DNA of 64,000 nucleotides from Obrimoposthia wandeli (GCA_977020255.1 CDROCS010000122.1:496001-560000), one strand, 5' to 3'; positions 44,567 to 54,974 are shown, counted from the stretch's first letter. Notes: generated from the sequence alone by a model not told the origin. A program made the numbers and translations.

Positions 44567-45874
44567 TTATGCAGTTTGACGCGTTTGCTGAGCGACTTTA
44601 CCACCAATAACACAGGTGATAACGAGAGCAACAGCTGTTGGCAGTAACCAAGCCATACCGTAGTCAAACAGAGGAATAATTCTGAATGCCGACACATCAA
44701 AGCCCGCTACTTTTGCAGCATCAATTAGACTAAACGATAATGCCACAATCATTACTACGCGGTAAGACAATACTGGGTTTGGTAACCAACGACGAATAAA
44801 GGTCAGCATTACCAGTGCCATTGCTATTGGATACAGTGCAAACAACGCAGGTAAAGAAATCGTAATTAACTGATTAAGACCAACGTTTGCGACTACACAA
44901 CAAATTACAGCCAGTAATGTTACCCACTTCTCGTAAGACCAATTAGTCAGTGAAGAGAAGTACTCAGAACACGCTGTTAATAGACCAACAACCGTCGTTA
45001 AACAGGCCAATAAAACAATTAGCGACAAAATCATTTGCCCAGCAGGGCCAAACAATGCGGCCACGTAAATAGCAAGAATATCGCCACCATTAGCAGCACT
45101 GGCAGCAATTACGCCACTTGTTGCGCCTAAGTAAAACAGTGATATATAAACGAAAGCCAGACCCGCAGCAGCGATTAAGCCAGCGCTGATTAAGTATTTA
45201 CGTGTCGCGGCTTCATCTGTAATGCCTTTACTACGTACTGCATCAACAATCACCATACCAAATAGCAATGCTGCTACTGCATCCAGTGTGTTATAGCCTT
45301 CAACGAATCCTTTAAGGAAAGGCATGTCAACGTAATCACCTTTCGCCGCTTCAATCGCATCTTGTGGGTTAACCACAACAGCCACAGCTAATGCCACTAG
45401 CGCAAGGAATAAAATAGGCGTTAAAAACTTACCCACTAAATCAACTAAGTTGCCACGAGAGCGAGAAAGGAACAGAGCAATAGCAAAAAAGACTATAGAG
45501 AAGATTGTTAAGCTAAGCTGTCCAGCATCGGTAATAAAGGGTTTTACGCCCATTTCGTAAGCAACAAGACCAGCACGAGGTGCAGCAAATGCAGGCCCAA
45601 TAACAATAAAGATTAATACTGCTAGCAAAGTAGCCACTTTAGACGGTAAATCTCGAGTAAGCCCTTTCCAACCACCAGCAAGCGCAACGGCAATAATGGC
45701 TATCAGCGGTAAACTCACCCCTGTCGAAAGGAAACCAAGCATGGCTGGTATAAGGTGTTCACCCGCTTGTTGACCCGCTTGAGGTGGGAAAATAATATTA
45801 CCCGCCCCCAAAAAGAATGCGAAGGTCATAAAACCTAACGCTAAGATATCTGTTACTTTCAGTGTTTTCTTCAA
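44567..45874 (-). CDS. brnQ: branched-chain amino acid transporter
   Basis: GFMTFAFFLGAGNIIFPP, GYNTLDA, LACLTT; TTG start at 45874. Confidence 0.95.
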   Translation of the reverse strand: MKKTLKVTDILALGFMTFAFFLGAGNIIFPPQAGQQAGEHLIPAMLGFLSTGVSLPLIAIIAVALAGGWKGLTRDLPSKVATLLAVLIFIVIGPAFAAPRAGLVAYEMGVKPFITDAGQLSLTIFSIVFFAIALFLSRSRGNLVDLVGKFLTPILFLALVALAVAVVVNPQDAIEAAKGDYVDMPFLKGFVEGYNTLDAVAALLFGMVIVDAVRSKGITDEAATRKYLISAGLIAAAGLAFVYISLFYLGATSGVIAASAANGGDILAIYVAALFGPAGQMILSLIVLLACLTTVVGLLTACSEYFSSLTNWSYEKWVTLLAVICCVVANVGLNQLITISLPALFALYPIAMALVMLTFIRRWLPNPVLSYRVVMIVALSFSLIDAAKVAGFDVSAFRIIPLFDYGMAWLLPTAVALVITCVIGGKVAQQTRQTA

Positions 45875-45953
45875 ACTACACCTTCCCACTCGTATTTGTT
45901 TATTAGTTGTGTTTGTTTCTTATAATTTATGTCACGCAATACATGTTGCTAAA

Positions 45954-45969
45954 TGTGACACTTATCGCA
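45954..45969. promoter_or_regulatory. CRP-like site upstream of brnQ
   Basis: TGTGA-cactta-TCGCA, one mismatch. Confidence 0.45.
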
Positions 45970-46254
45970 GCATAATGAAGAAAAAGTTAACAATTAGCAA
46001 CGAGGTAACCAAAAACACCATAATCTTTGGCTACGCGCACTAATAACCAGCACATAACACCAGTTTTTAATTAAAAATAAGAACTACCAACCATCAAAAG
46101 CTTTCAATCTAATTAATGAAAAACAGGATTTACACCTGTGCAACAATAACAGGACAAAATTTAAATATTTATTACAGAATTTATCACTAGGGGCTCTAAT
46201 GATAAAACATTCCCCTAGAGTGGTATTATACTGTTGATAAATAGAGGAGGCAGA

Positions 46255-46977
46255 ATGGCAAAAGGTTTTACATTCAAACAGTTCCACGTCGACGACGGGG
46301 GATGCGGTATGGCAGTCAGCACTGATGGCGTATTACTCGGAGCATGGGCAACACTACCAAAACAAGGAAAGCTTGTTGATATTGGTACTGGCAGCGGGCT
46401 GCTGGCTTTGATGATGGCACAACGTATTGCACCAGCATTATGTTCGATAACTGCGATTGAATTAGATGACTCTGCCGCAGATGCTGCGACTAAAAATTTT
46501 TCGAACTCCCCCTGGTCATCCTCTTTACACTGCGTAAAGCAAGATATCCAGCAGTGGGCCAGTACGCAGTCTAAAAATAATATTGAAAACATTATATGTA
46601 ATCCACCCTATTTTAATTTTGGATTACAAGCCGATAGCCAAACAAGAGCCACAGCGCGGCACACCGATACATTAACCCATGATGCGTTATTGCAATCCAT
46701 AAGCTATTTACTCGCCCCAAAAGGAATCGTAAGTTTAATCTTACCGGAATACGAAGGGCGACAACTTATCCAAGCTGCTGAAAAATATGACTTACATTGT
46801 CAGCGATTATGCGAAGTAAAAAGCACAGAAAGAAAACCAGTTAGCCGGTTATTGATTGAACTTACCCCAAGTCATGTACAAATCCCCCTTCAAAAAGAAG
46901 CGTTATGTATCCATGATAGCGGACAATATTCTGCACAATTTATGACTTTGACTCGTGATTTTTATCTTAAGCTTTGA
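46255..46977 (+). CDS. trmN: tRNA1(Val) adenine(37)-N6 methyltransferase (YfiC)
   Basis: FTFKQF, STDGVLLGAW, DIGTGSG, CNPPYF; GAGGAGG SD; brnQ/srmB neighbourhood. Confidence 0.9.
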   Translation: MAKGFTFKQFHVDDGGCGMAVSTDGVLLGAWATLPKQGKLVDIGTGSGLLALMMAQRIAPALCSITAIELDDSAADAATKNFSNSPWSSSLHCVKQDIQQWASTQSKNNIENIICNPPYFNFGLQADSQTRATARHTDTLTHDALLQSISYLLAPKGIVSLILPEYEGRQLIQAAEKYDLHCQRLCEVKSTERKPVSRLLIELTPSHVQIPLQKEALCIHDSGQYSAQFMTLTRDFYLKL

Positions 46978-47172
46978 TGAATACGTTAGCCAAAGAAGCG
47001 TTGTAAGCGTAATCAATAAAGTTTTTATGCTTTAATCGGTGATACTTGCGGCAATAGCCTCTATAATGCCGCCCCTTATATTAAAACCACTAATGATCGA
47101 TCCATTATCCTGCACCGGAAACGAAGGTGGCGATTGTTATTGGAGTTGGTCTTGTCCGAGGAGAAATAACTG

Positions 47173-48432
47173 GTGAAAGACTTTTCCGAGTTAGAGTTAG
47201 ATAGCGCACTTTTAAACGCGATTGAAGAAATCGGCTACACCCGCCCGACCGAAGTTCAGGCACAGGCTATCCCTCACGCCCTGGACGGTAGAGACGTATT
47301 GGCTTCCGCTCCTACAGGTACCGGAAAAACAGCTGCATTTCTTTTACCGATGATCCAGCACTTACTTGATTTCCCTCGTAAGAAGCCAGGGCCAGCGCGT
47401 GTATTGATTTTAACCCCAACGCGTGAGCTTGCGATTCAAATTGCTGACCATGCCCGTGCATTAGCTAAAAATACTCACCTGAAGATTTTCACGATCACTG
47501 GCGGTATTTCATACGATGATCACGCTGAACTTCTAGGTAAAACACAAGATATCGTTGTGGCAACACCGGGACGTTTAATGGAGTACGTTGAAAGTGAGCG
47601 TTTCGATTGCCGAGCAATTGAATGCTTAATTTTAGATGAAGCTGACCGTATGCTAGATATGGGCTTCACTAAAATTGTTGATCGTATTAACCACGAATGT
47701 CGCTGGCGTCGTCAAAGCCTTCTATTCTCTGCAACCTTAGAAGGTAAAGGCGTTCGTGAGTTTTCAGAAACAATTTTGAAAGAACCTATAGAAATAAACT
47801 CTGCACCTTCGCGCCGCGAACGTAAGAAGATTCATCAGATTTACTTACGTTGTGACGATATGGATCACAAATTAGCATTGCTTGAGCAAATCCTGAAACA
47901 TCAGGCAGAACGCAGCATTGTCTTTGTGAAAACCCGTGACCGTCTGGCGATGTTACGTGATCAGCTTGCATCGATGAACGTGAAATGTAGCTGGATTCAA
48001 GGTGAAATGGCTCAGCAATCTCGTAACAATGCGATTTCTCGTTTCCGTGATGGTGATGTCAACATTCTGATTGCAACCGATGTTGCGGCTCGTGGTATCG
48101 ATTTACCCGACATTAGCCACGTAATCAACTTTGATATGCCACGTACTGCTGACGTATATTTACACCGTATCGGTCGTACTGCACGTGCAGGTAAAAAAGG
48201 TATTGCGGTTTCACTGGTTGAAGCACACGATCAAGCGATGATCGAACGTGTTAGCCGCTACATGGAAGAAGAAGTGCCAGAACGTTTCATCAACGGTTTA
48301 CGCCCAGCAAGTAAAAAAGCCAAAACCGTTAAAAAGAAAAAAGTAAAAATCGATAAGAAACTGAAAGTTGCTAAGCAAAAGAAAGCAGCTAAAAAGCATA
48401 AGAAAGCATCAGAAAGCAAACCTGAAGCTTAA
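47173..48432 (+). CDS. srmB: DEAD-box RNA helicase SrmB
   Basis: APTGTGKT, PTRELA, DEAD, SAT, HRIGRTAR, Lys-rich tail. Confidence 0.96.
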   Translation: MKDFSELELDSALLNAIEEIGYTRPTEVQAQAIPHALDGRDVLASAPTGTGKTAAFLLPMIQHLLDFPRKKPGPARVLILTPTRELAIQIADHARALAKNTHLKIFTITGGISYDDHAELLGKTQDIVVATPGRLMEYVESERFDCRAIECLILDEADRMLDMGFTKIVDRINHECRWRRQSLLFSATLEGKGVREFSETILKEPIEINSAPSRRERKKIHQIYLRCDDMDHKLALLEQILKHQAERSIVFVKTRDRLAMLRDQLASMNVKCSWIQGEMAQQSRNNAISRFRDGDVNILIATDVAARGIDLPDISHVINFDMPRTADVYLHRIGRTARAGKKGIAVSLVEAHDQAMIERVSRYMEEEVPERFINGLRPASKKAKTVKKKKVKIDKKLKVAKQKKAAKKHKKASESKPEA

Positions 48433-48459
48433 TCACTTATCGGTTTATCTCTACAACAG

Positions 48460-48790
48460 AGAAAAGTAGGTGAGGCGAGATACGACGGATCGTATACGGC
48501 TCCTGTAGTCTTCTATTTATCTTACAGGGAGCAAGATCACTATCGCATATAAGCCAATTTCCTTGAACCATATTCGGCATGGCATAGAAACATTTTTCCA
48601 TGAGTCCATCGTCATAAACAATGGCGGCTTATAACCACTGTTTCAATCTCCGATGCAGTTTCATCGGCTTCTTCCACAACTTTAATTGTCGTTCTAGCCT
48701 TATCTCCCGCTAATTGGGTTAACATATTCGTATTGTTACTTCACTTGCACCATCTAAGTCTTTCCACGTTTCGTCGGGTGAACTTTGGCT
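48460..48790 (-). pseudogene. degenerate 3' remnant of a group II intron (maturase domain X + domains V/VI)
   Basis: Frameshifted blocks QLKLWKKPMKLHRRLKQ (48688-48638), GYKPPLFMTMDSWKN, YAMPN, WFKEIGLY; then GGAGCCGTATACGA (domain V start, AGC triad) and CCTCACCTACT (domain VI-like end). Confidence 0.75.
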
Positions 48791-49546
48791 TTAAACCAAC
48801 TCTTTACTGGTCGATTCTGCTGGCACAAAGTAGTAACCCGCCACATCAAATTGCTTCAGTTCATCAACCGACTTAATGCGGTTATCAATAATGTAACGTG
48901 CCATCATGCCACGGGCCTTTTTAGCGTAAAAACTGATCACTTTATAATTACCGTTCTTACAATCTTTAAAAACCGGCGTGATGAGCTGTGCATCTAATGA
49001 TTTTGGCTTCACCGATTTGAAATATTCATTTGACGCCAAGTTGATCAAGATATTATCACCCTGCTCGGAAAGCGCAGCATTGAGCTTTTCAGTGATCACA
49101 CTCCCCCAGAACTGATACAAGTTAGCACCACGTGGATTAACAAGCTTTGTACCCATCTCTAAGCGATAAGGTTGCATTAAATCAAGCGGGCGTAGTAAAC
49201 CATATAAACCAGACAACATACGAAGGTGCTGCTGAGTATAGGCAAAGTCTTCGTCCGTCATGGTTTCTGCGGCTAGGCCGGTATACACATCGCCTTTGAA
49301 GGCCAAAATAGCCTGACGCGCATTCTCTGTCGTAAATTCTGGCTGCCACTCAGCAAATCGGGCCGCATTTAAACCCGCAATTTTATCGCTCACCTTCATC
49401 AGGCTAGCAATATCCATTGGTGTTAACTTGCGGCACACTTCCATCAACTCAGAAGAGTGATCCGTTAGCTCTGGTAACGTATAAGTTTGCGTTGCTAAGG
49501 GAGAGTCATAATCAAGTGTTTTTGCTGGTGAAACCACAATTAACAT
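48791..49546 (-). CDS. yaaA: peroxide stress protein YaaA (UPF0246), C-terminus apparently shortened
   Basis: [39 protein letters not shown]; ends KELV* with no FKR-type tail. Confidence 0.93.
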   Translation of the reverse strand: MLIVVSPAKTLDYDSPLATQTYTLPELTDHSSELMEVCRKLTPMDIASLMKVSDKIAGLNAARFAEWQPEFTTENARQAILAFKGDVYTGLAAETMTDEDFAYTQQHLRMLSGLYGLLRPLDLMQPYRLEMGTKLVNPRGANLYQFWGSVITEKLNAALSEQGDNILINLASNEYFKSVKPKSLDAQLITPVFKDCKNGNYKVISFYAKKARGMMARYIIDNRIKSVDELKQFDVAGYYFVPAESTSKELV

Positions 49547-49593
49547 AAGGCATTATCCATTAAGGTTGATAACGGAAGATTATCATTATTAAC

Positions 49594-49623
49594 AAAAAAA
49601 ACCACGCGATTGTCGCGTGGCTT
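49594..49623 (-). terminator. AgcS gene terminator
   Basis: AGCCACGCGA-caa-TCGCGTGGTT then T-run. Confidence 0.85.
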
Positions 49624-49651
49624 AATAGATTTATCTAATAGGTAATACCTA

Positions 49652-51085
49652 TTACTCTTTCGATTTAGGTTGATCCCAAATCCCTTCTTCTAGCTGAGCA
49701 TGAAGCTCTGGATAATCTTTACTGTCAAATGTCGGTACCTTACCTTGCGAAAGTTGCTTGTTGTAATCTTTCGCCAGTTTCACCGCCGTGCCAGATAAAA
49801 GCACAATCGCAATCAAGTTAATGATCGCCATCATCCCCATCGACACATCAGCCATCGCCCACACCGTAGGTAAATCAGCGATTGAACCAAACATCACCAT
49901 GCCGAGTACCACAAGGCGGAATACGTTCAATCCCGCTTTGTTGTTGTGCTCTAAAAAGATCAAATTCGTTTCTGCATAGGAGTAATTTGCCACCAGAGAA
50001 GTAAACGCAAAAAAGAAAATAGCCACAGCAATGAAGATTGAACCCCAGCTACCAACTTGGGCACTTAGCGCACGTTGCGTCAGCTCAATACCCGTCACCT
50101 CACCATGGGGGACATATTCACCTGACATCAAAATAATCGCTACAGTAGCCGAACAAATAACAATCGTATCCATAAAGACACCCAGCATTTGCACATAGCC
50201 CTGAGAAGCAGGATGAGGAGGATAAGGTGTCGCAGATGCCGCAGCATTCGGCGCAGAGCCCATACCAGCTTCATTGGAAAATAAGCCACGTTTTAGGCCA
50301 TTAATCATACCTTGTGCAATGGTATAACCTAAAGCGCCTGACGCCGCCTCTTCTAAACCAAATGCACTGCGGAAGATCAGTGAGATAACCCCCGGTAATT
50401 TTTCCATATTGGTAAACATGATAAATAACGCTAACAACAAGTAACACAGCGCCATTGCCGGTACTAAAATTTCGGCGGTACGTGCTATTGCCCGTAATCC
50501 ACCAAAAATAATAATGCCCGTCATTACCACCAACACCATGCCGACGTACGTTGGATTAAAACCAAATGCGACATTCATTGCTTGCGAAATAGAGTTCGCT
50601 TGCACGGCATTAAATACCAAGCCAAAGGCAATAATAAGGAAAATAGAAAACACCACGCCCATCCAGCGCATGCCTAAGCCTTTTTCCATATAATACGCAG
50701 GGCCACCACGATAATTACCGTCTGCATCACGGGTTTTATACAACTGAGCAAGCGCACTTTCAGCAAAAGCGGTTGCCATTCCTAACATGGCGATTAACCA
50801 CATCCAGAAAATAGCACCAGGGCCACCTAAGGTCAGAGCAACGGCTACACCGGCCATATTGCCCGTACCGACACGCGCAGCCAAGCTGGTACAAAGTGCC
50901 TGAAAAGACGAAATGCCTGCTTTATCCGATTTTCGACTATTTCGCATCACACTGAACATATGCCCAAAATGTTTAAATTGAATAAAGCCTAAACGGTAAG
51001 TAAAAAAGATACCGACACCGACCAATAGATAAATGAGCACTGAGCCCCATAACAGATCGTTTAAAAAATTAATCTGACTAGTCAC
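49652..51085 (-). CDS. yaaJ: alanine/glycine:cation symporter (AgcS/YaaJ)
   Basis: ARVGTGNMAGVA, GGPAYYM, GLFSNEAGMGSAP; upstream of yaaA as in E. coli; GTG start at 51085. Confidence 0.88.
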   Translation of the reverse strand: MTSQINFLNDLLWGSVLIYLLVGVGIFFTYRLGFIQFKHFGHMFSVMRNSRKSDKAGISSFQALCTSLAARVGTGNMAGVAVALTLGGPGAIFWMWLIAMLGMATAFAESALAQLYKTRDADGNYRGGPAYYMEKGLGMRWMGVVFSIFLIIAFGLVFNAVQANSISQAMNVAFGFNPTYVGMVLVVMTGIIIFGGLRAIARTAEILVPAMALCYLLLALFIMFTNMEKLPGVISLIFRSAFGLEEAASGALGYTIAQGMINGLKRGLFSNEAGMGSAPNAAASATPYPPHPASQGYVQMLGVFMDTIVICSATVAIILMSGEYVPHGEVTGIELTQRALSAQVGSWGSIFIAVAIFFFAFTSLVANYSYAETNLIFLEHNNKAGLNVFRLVVLGMVMFGSIADLPTVWAMADVSMGMMAIINLIAIVLLSGTAVKLAKDYNKQLSQGKVPTFDSKDYPELHAQLEEGIWDQPKSKE

Positions 51086-51729
51086 GCCCGATACCTCATA
51101 CACATTAAAAAGAATAAATACTCACTTAAAAAAACATGAGTGAAACACGATAAAATAATAATAGTTGTTTACTAACAACCTTCATTGTTCTTATTGAGTT
51201 ACGACAGAAATAGAGCGTCAAACAATGGCTATCACTCTTCATTTACGCCTATCGTACTTAGTTTATGAATCTAAGAAGCAATAAAGCCAAAAGGCATTGA
51301 AACTAAAAACATTATAGAAGGGACATGATCATGCAAAGATATATAGCAAAAAGCAATACCACATACCTTAAACTTAACCTTGAAAGCATATTTTTACTTC
51401 TTTAGTATCGTGTGACTTAACGACTGAAAACAATTTTTATCGCGTGAATGCACCAAAATCTTCAAATTAAATACAAATATCCATTAAATTAATCGAATCA
51501 TGATCAGAGAAACTCATCAGTTATAGCCCATTAATTCACGTCATTTTTTCTCATCTCTGCATCAATGGTCTTTTGAATGTGCTCGCTTTTCATTCAGCCA
51601 GCTTGTGATCATACGAGCACTCACATAAAAAATTCATAAAAAATCAACATTTACGAAACACATTAATTTTATTTTAAAGCTATATATGCTATTAAACTTA
51701 TATAGCCATGTAAGAACTAGAGGTGCTTT

Positions 51730-51912
51730 ATGGATAGCTTTGCATTCGATGACATTCTTGCAACACAACAGCCAGCTCGGGGTTCACGTAGTAAACCGGT
51801 AAAACGGAAATGGCGTGAAATTGAGGCGATAAAGGACAGGCAAAGGCTGCGTAAAGAATTACAAGATCTTGATATGCTCCAAGACCTTTCAGATGAACAT
51901 ATTGATTTTTAA
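51730..51912 (+). CDS. DUF3545-family small protein (60 aa)
   Basis: KRKWREIEAIKDRQRLRKEL core; GAGG SD. Confidence 0.8.
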   Translation: MDSFAFDDILATQQPARGSRSKPVKRKWREIEAIKDRQRLRKELQDLDMLQDLSDEHIDF

Positions 51913-51938
51913 TCAACCTACATACTAAACAGTATAAA

Positions 51939-51967
51939 CAGCGCCAATCTGATTGGCGCTTTCTTTT
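51939..51967. terminator. terminator DUF3545/hemerythrin
   Basis: AGCGCCAATC-t-GATTGGCGCT then TTCTTTT. Confidence 0.7.
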
Positions 51968-52012
51968 AATTATCCGTAACGACGATTAAACACGATAGCC
52001 CAGCAATAATGA

Positions 52013-52546
52013 TTACTTTGATATATGTTCAGATAACTGTTGATAACGTGGATCAACATGATCACCAAAAAGTGGATCATCCTGATAAACTTGCAGTTCT
52101 TTCGATACTGCCACCCAATCTTCTGCAGTAAAATCACGACGTATTAGCGGGAATATATTTTTTTCTTCAAACTCTAAATGCGCTTTCTGACGCGCCACAA
52201 ATACATTCAACTTTTCAGCAAAGATATCGAGTGGAATAACGGCATCCATTAGTACCATTTCAACCGTATCAGCAAACTCAGCAGTAAGTTGTGCTAACTG
52301 ATGATGCTCTTGCTCGAGGCTTTGCATATCGCCATTTTTTGCATAATGCAATTGATAATAATGGTATAGAATATCTTCCTTGGGATGATGGCAGTGTTCA
52401 GTGTACTGTTGAAGGTATTCCACAATATCTTTAATCAAGCTGTAATTAACCGTACGTCCATTTTCAATAGCATCTAGCTTCTGCTGCAGAATATTCAACA
52501 AGCGGTTAATATAACCATGCTCGGTATGAATACTATCTAACATCAT
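52013..52546 (-). CDS. hemerythrin (HHE) domain protein
   Basis: EH, HHPKED, EH and HLEFEE metal-ligand pattern. Confidence 0.85.
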   Translation of the reverse strand: MMLDSIHTEHGYINRLLNILQQKLDAIENGRTVNYSLIKDIVEYLQQYTEHCHHPKEDILYHYYQLHYAKNGDMQSLEQEHHQLAQLTAEFADTVEMVLMDAVIPLDIFAEKLNVFVARQKAHLEFEEKNIFPLIRRDFTAEDWVAVSKELQVYQDDPLFGDHVDPRYQQLSEHISK

Positions 52547-52698
52547 AATCCTCTCCTTGATTGCTTACCTTAAATTCATTTATTTAAGTGTAATTCATCA
52601 AAGAAAAGTACACATTGATCCCGAATACTAATTGTTCACATTTTTACAATTTTTCATTAACACTTAATATTATCAAATAGTTAAAACCAGCCAACCAC

Positions 52699-53385
52699 CT
52701 AATCCTGAATCATTGTCGGCTGCCAATCAATTGGCAATTTCTTCATGTCACACAATAGCTGGTTCACTTGAGAGAAATGCTTACAACCAAAGAAACCTCG
52801 ATATGCCGACAGTGGTGATGGGTGAGCCGATTTTAAGATATGATGCTTTTCGGTATTAATCTTTTTACCTTTTTTCTGCGCATGTGCCCCCCACAATACG
52901 AACACAATGCCAGCACTTTGTTGATCAAGCACATCGATGATTTTATCCGTAAATGTTTCCCAACCAATTTTGGCATGTGAATGCGCTTTACTTTGTTCGA
53001 CAGTCAACACCGTATTTAATAGCAGAACGCCTTGATCTGCCCAGCTTTGAAGGTAACCATGCTGAGGAATTTGAAACTCCGGGATATCTGTGGCTAATTC
53101 TTTGTACATATTTGCAAGTGATGGGGGTGTTTTAATACCAGGCAAAACAGAAAAGCTCAAACCATGTGCTTGATTAGCGCCATGGTAGGGATCTTGGCCT
53201 AATATGACGACTTTTACTTGATCGAGCGGGGTTGAATTAAACGCATTAAAGACATCTTGTTCAGAAGGGAAAATGACTTTGCCATTAGAACGGGCTGCAG
53301 ACACAAATTGTTCAATTTCCTGAAAATAAGGCTGTTGTTTTTCTTGATTGATAATGTCTTGCCAAGTATTTGTGTGGCTCATCAT
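52699..53385 (-). CDS. ung: uracil-DNA glycosylase
   Basis: GQDPYHG, GVLLLN, HPSPLS. Confidence 0.98.
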   Translation of the reverse strand: MMSHTNTWQDIINQEKQQPYFQEIEQFVSAARSNGKVIFPSEQDVFNAFNSTPLDQVKVVILGQDPYHGANQAHGLSFSVLPGIKTPPSLANMYKELATDIPEFQIPQHGYLQSWADQGVLLLNTVLTVEQSKAHSHAKIGWETFTDKIIDVLDQQSAGIVFVLWGAHAQKKGKKINTEKHHILKSAHPSPLSAYRGFFGCKHFSQVNQLLCDMKKLPIDWQPTMIQD

Positions 53386-53477
53386 ATTGATCCTGATTCG
53401 ATGTAATGCCTTTATTCTAACGATTTCAGCATTAAAATCAGAAGTAATTATTCAAAGCCACCACAAAATTAACTACC

Positions 53478-53612
53478 TTAAGTCCTGCCGAATTGATCTT
53501 TATGATGTGGCGTAACAGGTGAGCGCCAATGCCCACGACCTTGAATTGGGCGATTTGCTTGAGGTAATCGAGCGGCATAAATTGCGGTTTGAGAAATCAT
53601 TGTCATGTTCAT
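53478..53612 (-). CDS. putative 44-aa small protein between nfo and ung
   Basis: GGAG SD before ATG 53612; MNMTMISQTAIYAARLPQANRPIQGRGHWRSPVTPHHKDQFGRT. Confidence 0.4.
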   Translation of the reverse strand: MNMTMISQTAIYAARLPQANRPIQGRGHWRSPVTPHHKDQFGRT

Positions 53613-53784
53613 AATCTTAACTCCAAGAAGAATAAAACCTACTATGAATAAGGATATGGAAGAAGAATGCCAACTTTTCAAAAAAATAAATAAACACCAA
53701 AGATACAGAGACTTATATTTTGATGTTTATATTATTGAAAAGTAACAAGCATCATTTCAACGCATCCTTCCCCACCGAAGTGCT

Positions 53785-54633
53785 TTATTCGCTTGCCACA
53801 AATGAGCGTAACGTCATGATTTCTTGTTGCCAAATATCAGGGTTGATCGTTTCTAAAACCAAAGGGATATTATCGAAACGACTATCTTGCATCAGATAGC
53901 GAAAGCAATCCCAGCCAATCTCACCTTCCCCTAGACTATGATGTCGATCTAAATGGCTTCCTAACTTACCCTTTGAGTCATTTAAATGCATGCCGCGTAA
54001 AAAAGACATTCCCACCACCTGATCAAATTCACTAAATGTTGCCTCTGTAGCGGCTTCAGAACGTAAATCATAACCCGCAGCGAAGGTATGGCATGTATCA
54101 AGACACACACCCACTCGGCTTTTATCTTCAATCTGGTCGATAATTTCAGCTAGATGTTCAAATCGCCAACCTACATTCGATCCCTGCCCTGCGGTATTTT
54201 CAATCACCGCCACGACATCTGGTACTTCGTGGTGCGCCATGTTTATCGATTCAGCAATCAATCTTAAGCAGTCTGATTCACTGATCTTTTTCAAATGGCT
54301 ACCAGGGTGGAAATTTAGCAAAGTAAGCCCGAGTTGATTACAACGCTGCATTTCATCGATAAAAGCCGCACGCGATTTATCAAGCTTTTCAGTCTCAGGG
54401 TTGCCCAAATTGATCAAGTAAGAATCATGCGGCAAAATTGCCTCGCTCTTAAATCCATACTGCTGACAACGTGCTTTAAAAGCAGTAATAACATCTTGTT
54501 CTAATGGTTTAGCCACCCACTGTCTTTGATTCTTAGTGAATAATGCAAAAGCGTTAGCACCAATTTTGGCTGCATTTTCCGGAGCGTTAAACACCCCACC
54601 AGCGGCAGAAACATGCGCACCTATTAACTTCAT
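53785..54633 (-). CDS. nfo: endonuclease IV
   Basis: [43 protein letters not shown]. Confidence 0.97.
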   Translation of the reverse strand: MKLIGAHVSAAGGVFNAPENAAKIGANAFALFTKNQRQWVAKPLEQDVITAFKARCQQYGFKSEAILPHDSYLINLGNPETEKLDKSRAAFIDEMQRCNQLGLTLLNFHPGSHLKKISESDCLRLIAESINMAHHEVPDVVAVIENTAGQGSNVGWRFEHLAEIIDQIEDKSRVGVCLDTCHTFAAGYDLRSEAATEATFSEFDQVVGMSFLRGMHLNDSKGKLGSHLDRHHSLGEGEIGWDCFRYLMQDSRFDNIPLVLETINPDIWQQEIMTLRSFVASE

Positions 54634-54739
54634 TTTTGATCCTGTTAGTTACGTTATTTTTCCACATGAATTACAACAAAATTCGCCAGTTCATGGCCTA
54701 TTTTCCGCTTAAAACAAGGGATGTGCCTTTTATTTATGT

Positions 54740-54754
54740 TGTAATTTTACTACA
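54740..54754. promoter_or_regulatory. HexR-like palindrome upstream of grcA
   Basis: TGTAATTTTACTACA resembles TGTAAT-N3-ATTACA. Confidence 0.4.
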
Positions 54755-54821
54755 AATGATCACATAAACTATTTTTTAAACTTTAAACTCACTACCGAGT
54801 TGTAGGTAAAGTAAGGTTAAC

Positions 54822-54888
54822 TTGACCTAGCTCAAAAAAACAGCCGTATCGAAAATAAGGTTTTTTGTTGTAATTTGATCTACATCAA
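54822..54888 (+). promoter_or_regulatory. tandem FNR sites of the grcA promoter
   Basis: TTGAC-ctag-CTCAA (54822-35) and perfect TTGAT-ctac-ATCAA (54875-88), centres 53 bp apart; TATAAT at 54913. Confidence 0.8.
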
Positions 54889-54974
54889 TACCAATTTTCC
54901 ATTACTGAGGTATATAATACGCAGCTCAATAAAAAAATTTAAAAACTAACTACATTTCTTCGGAGAATAAAGTC

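Noticed and set aside
48500-48535. Intrinsic terminator for srmB (GCTCCTGTAG...TTACAGGGAGC)
   Set aside because: Large loop, no U-tract, and it lies inside the intron remnant
51100-51400. Glycine riboswitch upstream of the AgcS transporter
   Set aside because: No GGAGA...CCGAAG...CTCTCAGG aptamer signature; the region is AT-rich
54658-54666. DnaA box upstream of nfo (TTTTCCACA)
   Set aside because: A single isolated 9-mer is expected by chance in 64 kb
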